The notes beneath the pieces were generated by a model that did no database searches, had not been told where the DNA came from, and saw nothing but the letters and a program-made list of their open reading frames with translations. A stretch of DNA of 64,000 nt, taken from NCBI RefSeq assembly GCF_009914755.1, contig NC_060936.1. One strand, 5' to 3'. Of this stretch, positions 40,596 to 55,936 are shown one piece after another. The stretch comes from the human T2T-CHM13v2.0 reference genome, Homo sapiens. Within the stretch, counting starts at the first letter, position 1. Every line of letters begins with the position of its first letter. The translations under genes and the position numbers were made by a program.

Positions 40596-41006
40596 TGTGA
40601 TACAAGATGGTGACATCCTGTCCTTGAGTAAAGAATCTTACACATTCCTCAAATGGGTATACTGATTAATGCATAACCTAACACTCAAAAGGGTGCTGCT
40701 TTATTTGTAAATCAGGTTTTATTGATGCAAGTTTTCTTGCACTTAGACATTTTAGCCTATATGTTGCAATCAGTAGCCAATGATTATAACCTCAGTATTG
40801 TATCCTCCAACGAAAAAAGACAATTTGAGTATTAGGAGTCCCCCTCCCTTCTCCTATAATTTCATATAAAAGCCTTCCAACTTGTAGCGGACTCCAGAAC
40901 ACTTTGAACTCTGTTGGTATGTCTTCCCAGATTGATCCTCACATTTGGCCTCCAGTAAACCTTTATCAGATTATTTCTACCTCAAGAACCTTCGTTTTAG
41001 ACAACA
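40596..41006 (+). mobile_element. ERV1-type LTR fragment within L1M remnants
   Basis: TATA-like catataaaag, gatcctcacatttggcctccagtaaacc R-region, ends gacaaca. Confidence 0.5.
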
Positions 41007-41142
41007 GTGCATATATGTTTGTAATTGTTACCTTGATGGGTTGATCCTTTTATCATTATAAAATGCATCTCTTTATCAGCATTTTTTGTCTTAGTCTGTT
41101 TTGTCTGATACTAGTATAGGCATTCCTGCTTTCTTTTTTTGA

Positions 41143-41349
<207 letters not shown>

Positions 41350-41575
41350 TGATCTCAGGTAATCCACCCACCTCGGCCTCCCAAAGTTCTGGGATTATAG
41401 GTGTGAGCCACTGTGCCTGGCCTGCATTCCAGCTTTCTTGTAGCTATTTGTGTGATATTTTTTCATCATTTTACTTTCAGTCTGTGTTTTTGGATCTAAG
41501 GTATATCTCTTGGAAACAATAACATATAGTTGGATAGTTTTTAAAATCCAGACTGACATTCTCTGTCTTTTGGAT

Positions 41576-42790
41576 TGTGATATTATGAAATATATCTCTG
41601 GTCTTTATCCCTGTTTTCAGGCATACACTCCTAAAATTCGAGCAGTCTCCAAAGTGATAAATGTCTTTTTTGTATGCTAATGAGTTGACTTATGGCTGAC
41701 ATCCCCTAGTTTCAGAATGGAGGGCTGGTCACCTGAAAGACCAAGGCCCGATTAAAGGGTTGGGACTTTTCAGCCCTACCCCTAATTCCTGGTACCAATT
41801 GTCTATCTTAGTCCATTTTCTGTTACTTATAGCAGAATAACTGAAACAGGGGCCTTTATGAAGAAAAGGAATTCATTTCTTACACCTTTGAAGGTGCACC
41901 TGGTTGAGAGGGAGGGGGTGAGGTTAAGTTGATCACCAATAGCCAATGGTTTAATTAATCAGATCTGTGCAATGAAGCCTCCATAAAACCGGAAAGGATA
42001 GAGTTTAGAAGGCTTTTCAGGTTGCTGAGCAGGTGGAGGTTCCTAGAGGGTGGCGTACCCAGGGAGGGCATGGAAATGCTGTGCCCCTTCTCATGTGACC
42101 TTGCCTTCTACATCTCTTGAACTGAATCCTTGGTAATATACTTTATAATAAACTGATAAGGTGTTTCCCTGAGTTCTGTGAGCTGCTCTAACACGACAAA
42201 CCAAAGGAGCGGGACATGGGAATCCCAGTTTACAGCTGGTCGGTCGGAAGCACAGGTAAAATAACCTGGGACTTGGTGTTGGCATCAGAAGTGGGGGGCA
42301 GTCTCGGCTGGGCGCAGTGGCTCACGCCTGTAATCCCAGCACTTTGGGAGGCCGAGGTGGGTGGATCACGAGGTCAGGAGATCGAGACCATCCTGGCTAA
42401 CATGGTGAAACCCTGTCTCTACTAAAAATACAAAAAATTAGCCAGGCGTGGTGGTGGGCACCGGTAGTTCCAGCTACTCAGGAGGCTGAGGCAGGAGAAT
42501 GGCGTGAACCTGGGAGGCGGAGCTCGCAGTGAGCCAAGATGGTGCCACTGCACTCCAGCCTGGGTGACAGAGTGAGACTCCGTCTCAAAAAAAAAAAAAA
42601 AAAAAGTGGGGGCAGTCTTGCAGGACTGAGCCCTAAACTGATGAGATCTGACACTATCTTCATATAGATAGTCTTGGAATTAAAATGAATTAGAGGACAC
42701 CCACCTGGTGTGTACACTGCAGAACTGATTGCTTGTTATGTGGGGTGAGACACCCACACATCTGGTGTCAGAAGTGTGAGAAAGTTTATT
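41576..42790 (+). mobile_element. MER21-family LTR with AluY (~42307-42605) and a MaLR fragment
   Basis: gtgtttccctgagttctgtgagctgctcta; Alu TSD aagtgggggcagtct. Confidence 0.78.
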
Positions 42791-43230
42791 CCTACATTCT
42801 CAGAATTGTTTATATAAAAATGTTATTTTTTATATAATTACATTTACCTCTAATGTTTTACTTTTTGTTTTTATGTCTCGTCTTTTTATTCCTTTCTTAT
42901 TCCTTAGTGGGGTTTATTTTGCATAAATGAGTATTTTCTAATGTAGCATTTTAATTTCTCTTTGTTTTTTCTGTTTTTAATTTCTTTAACGATATTTTCA
43001 CTGTATTTTTTGTAACTTCATGGAAGCACAAATTCTTTTTAAAAGTATTTTTTATATTAAAGTATCAGTGATGGAGGCTGGCAGAGATCTTGGGGCGAGA
43101 ATTTATTTTCTCAGAGAAATGGTAGTGATGGACCATGGAAACTTGTCTATGGTAATCTGTGTTAGAATATATTCTTGAAAGTTCTAAGAATACATTATAT
43201 CCACAAGTAGATTATGCCATCCTAGAGACT

Positions 43231-44685
43231 GCAGCTGACCCTTGAACAATGTGAGTTTGACCCATGTGGATCCACATACACATGGATTTGACTTTTTTTT
43301 TTTTAAGAGATGAGGTCACTCTCTGTTGCCCAGGCTGGAGTGCAGTGTACAGTCATAGCACATTACAGCCTCAAACATCTGGGCTCAAACAGTCCTCCCA
43401 TCTCTGCCTCCTGAGTATCTGGGACTGCATCCACACACTACCTTGTCTGGCTACACTTGGAGTTTCTTCTGCATCTGCCACTCTACTGCCACCCTAAGTC
43501 GTAATCCCTATGTTGTTCAAGGGTCGATTGTATTTTCCTTTCACAGTCTATTTGTGTAGCTAGTAGGCAATCTTCCAAAAACTTCAATTTAGGTCGTTCC
43601 GGAGTGCTTTTCGAGTTTTCAGTTTTCTTCTATGCCAGTGAAGGAGAGGGATGGAGGAAAAAAAAAACCCAAATTAACATAAAGATAGTTTCCCTTCCTA
43701 CCCATATGCTCTGTATTAATTGCTAGGGCTGTGTTTGAGATAGGAAAACCAAAACTTCTTCACACAACTGACCACTTCATCTCTGGTCACCAGAATGTAT
43801 TTGGATTTCTTCCCATCCGCAAACTGTTTTCCAGCTGACAACAACTGGGTGTCCTACAATTCAATTACATGTTGGCATCATCTACCTGGAGAAAGCTTCA
43901 GATCCCACAGGTTGAGGACTCAGTCCCACAAGACTGCCCCTGACTTCGCCAGACCTGTACTTTTGACCAACCTGTTACAAAGAGGGGATTGTCAAGACTC
44001 CCTCCGTGGATTTGATTAATTTGCTAGAGCTCACAGAACTCAGGGAAATAGTTTACTTATTATAAAGCCTATTAGATGAAGAGCCAGGTGGAAGAGATGC
44101 ATGGGGGAATGCATATGTGAGCGCTTCCATGCCCTCTCCAGGTGCTGCCCCACCCTACGGTCACCTCTATGTTACCAGACACTCCTGTTACTCAGGAGAT
44201 TACAAAGGTCTCAGGAGCTCTGTGTCAGGAACCGGGTTCAAAGACCACGTATTAGTGCAAAAGATTGTATACCCCAATCTACAAGAGTTTTAGGTGCCCC
44301 GTGTCTGGAATCATGGGCAGAGACCAAGTATGTATTTCTTATCGTGGGCTACTATGACAGTAATGCCACAGACTGGGTGGAGAAATTTATTTCTCCCAGT
44401 TCCGGCGGCTAGAAGTCCAGGGTCAATATGTTTGATTTCTGTTCTCTTGAAGCTTCTCTCTCAGTGGCTTGCAGGTGACTGTCTTCTTGCTGTGTCCTAA
44501 CGTGGTCCTTCCTCTGTGGGCCGACATCGCTGGTGTCCCTCTTCCTATGGGGGATACTAGTCGGATTAGAGCCCCACTCTAATGACCTCACTTAACCAAT
44601 TATCTCCTTAAAGGCCCTATCTCCAAATACACTGAGGGTCAGGGCTTTCACTTATGAATTTTGGGGAGGGTACAATTCAGTTCAT
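43231..44685. mobile_element. MER8/Tigger2 (~43231-43531), MER21 fragment (~43731-44350, minus) and MLT1 fragment (~44370-44685)
   Basis: cagctgacccttgaacaa...ttgttcaagggtcgattg inverted ends; cccacaggttgaggactcagtcccacaagactgcccc; ggccctatctccaaatac. Confidence 0.7.
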
Positions 44686-45087
44686 GAGACTCTCTCCTCC
44701 AAGTTGACGTAAAAGCCAGGGGACAGTGAGGGGGACGGGCAGTTATGAAGCATCATTAATTCTCCTTAGAAGTGCTGCTTTTCTTCTGTCAGTGAACACT
44801 GTGACCCATTCTGCTTCCAACCTTGTGGACTAGTCAAAGTAGTGAGAGGAACAGAGTCCTAACGCCTGAGAGTTGTAAAATGAGTGTCAGCATGTGGTGG
44901 CTGCCTTTTTTTTTTTTTTTTAACGGATAGACTTTATTTTCTAGAAGAGTTTTAGGTTTAAAGAAAATTGAGGTCAGGCATGGTGGTTCACGCCTGTAAT
45001 CCCAGCACTTTGGGAGGCCAAGGCAGGCAGATCATGAGGTCAGGAGTTTGAGACCATCTTGGCCAACATGGTGAAACCCCATCTCTA

Positions 45088-45300
<213 letters not shown>

Positions 45301-46188
45301 TTATAGGAACCTCCCATCTCCAAAACTCTAAGGTTCCACTATTAGCAACTTGGATTAGTCATACTGATATGTTATTATTAAAGTCCATCACTAACATTAG
45401 AGTTTACTCTGTATCCAATGGGTCTTACGGGTTTTGATAAATGCTTAATAGTATGCATCTACTATTATAAGAGAGCTTTAAAAAATAACTTTATGAAATC
45501 AAAACATACCTAAGAAAGGGTACAAATGGTAAGTGTATAATGCAGTGGATTATGTAGGGAACACACTTGTGTGTAAGTATCACCCTGGTCAAAAGCAGTC
45601 TTCATGCTACTTAACTACCAATTGCTATTCCATCACACTTTGTAAAAAGTACCACTACAGTCCCTAGATGGTTGGTTTTGTCTGTGTTTCAATCTTTATA
45701 TAAATGGAATCATGGATTATTCTTTAATCTCTGGCCTTTTTCACTCAGTCTTGTGTTTGTTAGATTCATGTTGCATATAGCCTTTTATTTTTGTTACTAT
45801 AGTGTTTCATTAATATGAATACATTTCTATTTTGTTTGTTTCCAGTTTTTGCTTACTGCACCTAATGCTGCTGGCAGTGTTATAATTATGCATTTCTGTT
45901 TGGTACATACCTAGGAATGAAACTTCTAGGTCTCAGGGCTTGCATTTATTAACCCTTGGTAGATGATGCCATACGTCTTTCCAAAGTGTTGGTTACTTTA
46001 AGGATCATGATATACTCCTATCACCATTGTAGGAGAGTTCCATTTGTTCCATTTTCTTGCCAACATGTGGTATTGAGAGTTGAAAAAATTCTAGCCATTG
46101 TGTATAGTATTACCACCTTATGGTTTTCATTTACATTTCTGATATTCATAATGGATTTAGCACTTACCAAAAATTTTGCCATTTAAAT

Positions 46189-46879
<691 letters not shown>

Positions 46880-47178
46880 GTGTCTCATACAGTGTTTAAT
46901 TAAGCTTCATGCTTATTTTTTATTGAGTTGTCTACATTTTTCTTTTTACGTAATTCCCTATATAGGCTGGATATGATCTCTTTGCTATGTATTGCGAATA
47001 TAATCTTCTAGAGAGTGACTTTACTTTTTCACTTCCTTAATGGTGTTTTTTGATAAACAGTGGTGATTAATTTTGATGCAGTCCGTTTTATGGACCTTTT
47101 TTCTTATTGTTCATTGTGCCCTGTTATAGGAACCTTCCCCTATCCCGAGGGCATAAAGATATTCTCATGTTTTTTTGA

Positions 47179-47391
<213 letters not shown>

Positions 47392-47803
47392 TGACCTCAG
47401 GTGATCTGCCCGCCTCGGCCTCCCAAAGTGCTGGGATTTACAGGCGTGGGCCACCATGCCTGGCCTGTTTCTGGAAACTTTAAAACGATAATCTACCTGG
47501 GATTGATTTGTTTGTATATGTCTCTTGCTGTGTAATTGGATAAGGCTTATTTTCATTCGTGGCATATAGATAACCAATTGACCTAGCTTCATGTATTGAA
47601 AAGAACTTTTTTCCTAACTTTGTCATAAAACAAGTGTCTATATATAAAAGTGTGTGTATGTCTTCGCTATTCATGCTTGTTTTGCATTTCCATGGAAAGT
47701 TTATAATCAAGCTTGTTACCCCAAAAAATCAAAAAATCCACTGGGATTGTATTGACTCTTAATTACTTTTTCTTTCTTTCTTTTTTTTTTTTTTTTTTTT
47801 TGA

Positions 47804-47965
<162 letters not shown>

Positions 47966-48489
47966 TAGAGACAGGATTTCACCATGTTGTTCAGGCTGGT
48001 CTTGAACTTCTGACCTCAAGCAGTCGCCCAGCTCAGCCTCCCAAAGTGCTGGGATTACAGGCAAGAGCCACTGCGCTTGACCTAAATTTTGAGATTATTG
48101 GCATCTTTAATGCTGTCTTCAAATATTTGAACATGGCATATCTTTACACTCAGCTGTTTGTTAGAGATGTGACACATCCTTCATTTTCTAAGTATTTTTT
48201 TAATGGTATTTTAAAAGATTACTGCTGATAATATTCTTGCATTTTGACCTTATTTTTGGGCATTGTAATAAACAGTAAAACAAAAAGATCTCTACATAGT
48301 TTTGGATTTTCTGTATAACATCTGATACTCAGTTTTGTGTTTTCCTCTCTGCTTATACTCCTAATATTTTTTTCTTTATACCAGCTAGGATCTCCAGTAA
48401 AATGATTAATGGAGGGATAGTGGCATCTTCCATGTTACTATTTAATTGTTTTAGCTACCATTTATCAAAAGAAGTTTCCATCTTTATAA

Positions 48490-48648
<159 letters not shown>

Positions 48649-48891
48649 TGAGTAGCTGGGACTACAGGTGCCCGCCACCACACCCAGCTAATTTTTTTTT
48701 TTTTTTTTTTTGTATATTTAGTAGAGGCCGGGGTTTCACCGTGTTGGCCAGGATGGTCTCCATCTCCTGACCTCTTGATACCCCTGCCTCAGCCTCCCAA
48801 AGTGCTGCGATTACAGGATTACAGGTGTGAGGCACTGTGCCCGGCAGTATTTGATTTTGTCAGAAATTCTTATCTTAGATTTTTGAAATGA

Positions 48892-49079
<188 letters not shown>

Positions 49080-49199
49080 TAGTAGAGACGGGGTTTCACT
49101 GTGTTAGCCAGGATGGTCTCGATCTCCTGACCTCATGATCCGCCCACCTTGGCCTCCCAAAATGCTGGGATTACAGGCGTGAGCCACTGCACCTGGCCC

Positions 49200-50050
<851 letters not shown>

Positions 50051-50109
50051 GAATTAGTGTTTGCTTATGCCAGAAATTTTCTTTTCCTTTTTTTTTTTTT
50101 TTTTTTTGA

Positions 50110-50214
<105 letters not shown>

Positions 50215-50873
50215 TGAGTAGCTGGGATTACAGGTGTGCACCACCACACCCCGCTAATTTTTGTATTTTTAGTAAAGATGGGGTTTGGCATGTTAGCCAG
50301 GCTGGTCTCAAACTCTTGGCCTCAGGTGATCCACCTGCCTCTGCCTCCCAAAGTGCTAGGATTACAGGCATGAGCCACCGCACCCGGCCTTATGCCAGAA
50401 ATTTACTGAGTTCATTAAGGTAACCTTGAATAGCCCTGGGGAGTTTAGACTTTGCGAATGAACAATGAGAATGTTTTTAACCATATGTTTGAACTTCCCT
50501 TTTTTTTTAAATTCTCATTTTTATTGTCATGTTAGCTTTTTTAAAAAATGCAGTTAGCATGGATTACTTACAAGAAAGTCTGTTAAAAATAAGTAAAAAC
50601 AGAAGGTGATTGGCATTTAAATGTAACAAAAAGCTAGCTGTCATTGTGTGGAATGAATTTCTGTTAAACACGTTAGAAATTTCATTGACACTTGCCTTAT
50701 TTATTGTTGTATCCTCTATTGCTCCTCTTCTTCCCAAATTAAAGATGAGGCTGCTCTGAAGATTCAGTAATTAGGATGGACAGTCAGCTACTAATTTTCT
50801 TAGATATTCTATCTAGGCAAAACAGCATTTTAATAAAATATCTTTATTTCTTACAGATTCCTGACATTCAGAC

Positions 50874-50906
50874 AACTGACTTGTAACTGACTTATAACTG
50901 ACTTGT
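50874..50906 (+). repeat. 3 x 11-bp tandem repeat in the RESF1 5'UTR (exon 4)
   Basis: aactgacttgt aactgacttat aactgacttgt. Confidence 0.95.
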
Positions 50907-50934
50907 AATACACTGCTACTATATCAAACCGACA

Positions 50935-53900
50935 ATGAATTGGAATGAAAAACCAAAGAGTGCTACATTACCACCACTGTATCCTAAAAGCCAGCCACCT
51001 TTTTTGCACCAGTCTTTAATAAACCAAATTACCACAACATCTCAGAGTTCTTTCAGCTATCCTGGAAGTAACCAAGAAGCATGCATGTATCCCGGTAATT
51101 CAAATCCAATTTCACAGCCACTGCTGAATATCCAAAATTATCCTCAACAAATTTCTGTTTCTGATATGCATAATGGGACAGTTGTGGCCTCACACACTTC
51201 AGTAGAAAGAATAACATATGCAAATGTTAATGGACCCAAACAACTAACTCACAATTTGCAGATGTCTTCAGGAGTTACCCAAAATGTATGGTTGAACTCA
51301 CCAATGAGGAATCCTGTGCATTCTCATATAGGGGCAACTGTATCTCATCAAACTGATTTTGGAGCTAACGTACCCAATATGCCGGCACTACAGAGTCAAC
51401 TGATAACATCAGATACCTATTCTATGCAAATGCAGATGATCCCTTCTAATTCTACACGACTTCCTGTAGCTTACCAAGGAAATCAGGGACTTAACCAGTC
51501 TTTTTCAGAGCAACAGGTTGATTGGACACAACAGTGTATATCTAAGGGACTGACTTACCCAGATTACAGACCACCTCCAAAGCTATACCGTTACTCACCA
51601 CAAAGCTTTTTACCAGATTCTACCATTCAAAAACAAAACTTTATACCACATACATCATTGCAAGTTAAAAATAGTCAGCTTCCAAATTCTGTATTAACTT
51701 TACCATCAAGGCAGACCTCAGCTGTACCATCACAGCAGTATGCCACGCAAACTGACAAAAGACCTCCTCCTCCTCCTTACAACTGTAGATATGGAAGCCA
51801 GCCTTTGCAAAGTACTCAGCATATTACTAAACACTTGTCTATGGAAGTTCCTCAGAGTCGAGAAATGCTGTCATCTGAAATAAGGACCAGCTTTCAACAG
51901 CAGTGGCAAAACCCTAATGAAAATGTCAGCACAATTGGAAATTTCACTAACTTGAAAGTAAATACCAACAGCAAACAGCCTTTTAACAGTCCCATTAGAT
52001 CTTCTGTGGATGGTGTTCAGACTCTTGCTCAAACTAATGAAGAGAAAATAATGGATTCTTGCAATCCAACTTCAAATCAAGTACTGGACACAAGTGTTGC
52101 AAAAGAAAAGCTAGTAAGGGATATTAAAACATTAGTAGAGATAAAACAGAAGTTTTCAGAACTTGCAAGGAAAATTAAAATCAATAAAGATCTTTTGATG
52201 GCAGCAGGTTGTATTAAAATGACTAATACTTCTTATAGTGAACCAGCTCAGAATTCTAAATTGTCTCTAAAACAAACTGCCAAAATCCAGTCTGGACCCC
52301 AGATAACTCCAGTAATGCCAGAGAATGCAGAGAGACAAACACCAACAGTAGTGGAATCTGCAGAAACAAATAAGACTCAATGTATGTTGAATTCTGACAT
52401 TCAGGAAGTCAATTGCAGAAGGTTTAACCAAGTTGATTCTGTTTTACCAAATCCTGTCTATTCTGAAAAGCGGCCAATGCCAGACCCATCTCATGATGTG
52501 AAAGTTCTCACTTCAAAGACATCAGCTGTTGAGATGACCCAGGCAGTATTGAATACTCAGCTTTCATCAGAAAATGTTACCAAAGTTGAGCAAAATTCAC
52601 CAGCAGTTTGTGAAACAATTTCTGTTCCCAAGTCCATGTCCACTGAGGAATATAAATCAAAAATTCAAAATGAAAATATGCTACTTCTCGCTTTGCTTTC
52701 ACAGGCACGTAAGACTCAGAAGACAGTATTAAAAGATGCTAATCAAACTATTCAGGATTCTAAACCAGACAGTTGTGAAATGAATCCAAATACCCAAATG
52801 ACTGGTAACCAACTGAATTTGAAGAACATGGAAACTCCAAGTACTTCTAATGTAAGTGGCAGGGTTTTGGACAACTCCTTTTGCAGTGGACAAGAATCCT
52901 CAACAAAAGGAATGCCTGCTAAAAGTGACAGTAGCTGTTCCATGGAAGTGCTAGCAACCTGTCTTTCCCTGTGGAAAAAGCAACCTTCAGATACTGCAAA
53001 AGAAAAGGAGTGTGATAAACTCAGAACAAACACAACAGCAGTTGGAATTTCAAAGCCTGCTAACATCCACGTTAAGAGTCCTTGTTCAGTTGTGGGAAAT
53101 TCAAATTCTCAGAATAAAATAAGTAATCCCTCACAGCAGACAGCTTTGTCGATGGTAATGCACAATTATGAGTCTTCAGGTATAAATATAACAAAGGGAA
53201 CAGAACTTCAGATAGCTGTAGTGTCACCGTTAGTTCTGTCAGAGGTCAAAACATTGTCTGTCAAAGGAATAACACCTGCAGTGTTACCTGAAACAGTGTA
53301 TCCCGTTATTAAAGAAGGCAGTGTTTGTAGTTTACAAAATCAATTGGCAGAAAATGCAAAGGCAACTGCTGCTTTGAAAGTTGATGTTAGTGGACCAGTA
53401 GCAAGTACAGCAACATCAACCAAGATTTTTCCACTAACTCAGAAGGAAAAGCAGAATGAGTCAACTAATGGTAATTCAGAAGTCACACCTAATGTCAATC
53501 AAGGAAAGCATAACAAATTAGAGTCAGCTATCCATTCTCCTATGAACGATCAGCAAATCTCACAGGAGTCAAGGAATAGTACTGTTGTGAGTAGTGATAC
53601 ATTACAGATTGACAATATTTGTTCTCTGGTTGAAGGTGATACCTCTTACAATTCCCAAATAGCAAAGATATTCAGCTCTCTTCCCTTGAAAATGGTTGAG
53701 CCACAGAAACCTTCTCTACCCAATCAGCAAGGGATTGGCAGCAGAGAACCAGAAAAACAATTAGATAATACCACTGAAAATAAAGACTTTGGTTTTCAAA
53801 AAGATAAACCTGTACAGTGCACAGATGTTTCACATAAAATATGTGATCAGTCAAAGTCAGAGCCACCCTTAGAGTCATCTTTTAACAATCTTGAAACAAA

Positions 53901-55936
53901 CAGAGTTATTCTAGAGAAAAGTAGTTTGGAGCATGCCACTGAAAAAAGCACAGCTAACGATACGTGCTCGTCAGCTGCTATTCAGGAGGATATTTACCCT
54001 CAGGAAATAGATGCATCCAGCAACTATACTCCCCAAGATCCTGCAAGAAATGAAATCCACAGTGATAAGGCACCTGTCTTATACCTACATGACCAGCTGT
54101 CAGAACTTCTAAAAGAGTTTCCTTATGGCATTGAGGCTGTGAATACACGTGAAGGTTCTGTGGGCCAGCAAACTACATACCAGACCTCAGAAGATCAAAC
54201 TGCTGATAAAACCAGTTCTGACTCCAAAGACCCAGCAGATCAAATACAAATTACAATATTAAGCTCAGAGCAAATGAAAGAAATATTTCCTGAACAGGAT
54301 GATCAACCCTATGTAGTAGACAAGTTGGCAGAACCTCAGAAAGAAGAGCCCATCACAGAAGTAGTTAGCCAGTGTGACCTGCAGGCACCTGCAGCTGGAC
54401 AAAGTCGTGATTCTGTGATACTGGACTCTGAGAAAGATGATATCCACTGCTGTGCATTGGGCTGGCTCTCCATGGTTTACGAAGGAGTACCCCAGTGTCA
54501 GTGTAATTCCATCAAGAACTCATCTTCAGAGGAAGAGAAACAAAAAGAGCAGTGTTCTCCTTTGGATACCAACAGTTGTAAACAAGGAGAGAGAACTTCT
54601 GATAGAGATGTCACTGTTGTTCAATTTAAGAGCCTTGTAAATAATCCAAAGACTCCTCCAGATGGGAAAAGTCATTTTCCTGAACTACAAGACGACAGTA
54701 GAAAAGATACACCCAAAACAAAACATAAAAGCTTACCAAGGACAGAACAAGAATTAGTTGCTGGTCAGTTTTCATCTAAATGTGATAAACTAAATCCCTT
54801 GCAAAATCACAAAAGAAAAAAATTGAGGTTTCACGAGGTAACCTTTCACTCCAGTAATAAAATGACAGCATCTTATGAACAAGCTTCTCAGGAAACCCGA
54901 CAGAAGAAACATGTAACACAGAACTCACGTCCACTAAAAACAAAAACAGCTTTTTTGCCAAATAAAGATGTGTATAAGAAGCATAGTTCTTTGGGACAGT
55001 CATTATCACCAGAAAAGATAAAATTGAAACTCAAATCAGTTAGCTTCAAACAAAAACGAAAGTTAGACCAAGGGAACGTATTAGATATGGAAGTAAAGAA
55101 AAAGAAACATGATAAACAAGAACAGAAAGGAAGTGTGGGAGCTACATTCAAATTAGGTGACTCTTTGTCAAACCCAAACGAAAGAGCCATTGTTAAAGAA
55201 AAGATGGTATCAAATACTAAGTCTGTAGACACGAAAGCGAGTTCATCTAAATTTAGTAGAATTCTAACTCCTAAGGAGTATTTACAAAGGCAGAAGCATA
55301 AAGAAGCTCTGAGTAATAAAGCATCGAAGAAAATCTGTGTGAAAAACGTGCCATGTGATTCTGAACATATGAGACCAAGTAAACTTGCCGTGCAGGTTGA
55401 AAGTTGTGGGAAATCAAATGAGAAACACAGCAGCGGCGTGCAGACCTCTAAAGAATCATTAAATGGCTTGACAAGCCATGGTAAAAACCTCAAAATCCAC
55501 CATTCTCAGGAGTCTAAAACATACAACATTCTAAGGAATGTTAAAGAAAAAGTTGGTGGGAAGCAGCCTGATAAAATATGGATTGATAAGACTAAATTAG
55601 ACAAATTAACCAATATAAGCAACGAAGCTCAATTCAGCCAAATGCCTCCCCAAGTAAAGGATCAAAAGAAATTATATCTGAATAGAGTTGGGTTTAAATG
55701 CACTGAACGTGAAAGCATTTCTCTCACCAAATTAGAAAGTTCACCCAGGAAGCTTCATAAAGATAAGAGACAGGAAAATAAACATAAGACCTTTTTACCG
55801 GTGAAAGGTAACACAGAAAAATCAAACATGCTGGAGTTTAAATTATGTCCAGATATCTTACTAAAGAATACAAACTCTGTGGAAGAACGGAAGGATGTAA
55901 AGCCTCATCCTAGGAAGGAGCAAGCCCCTCTGCAAG
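50935..55936 (+). CDS. RESF1: RESF1 coding part of exon 4 (exon 50857-55936); retroelement silencing factor 1, aa 1-1667
   Basis: 1670-codon [26 protein letters not shown]... recognised as KIAA1551/RESF1; acceptor tttcttacag| at 50856; donor AAG|gtccag at 55937 needed for in-frame joining. Confidence 0.96.

Noticed and set aside
54888-55493. 201-aa antisense ORF inside RESF1 exon 4
   Set aside because: F/L/S-rich mirror of Lys/Glu codons on the coding strand; no independent evidence.
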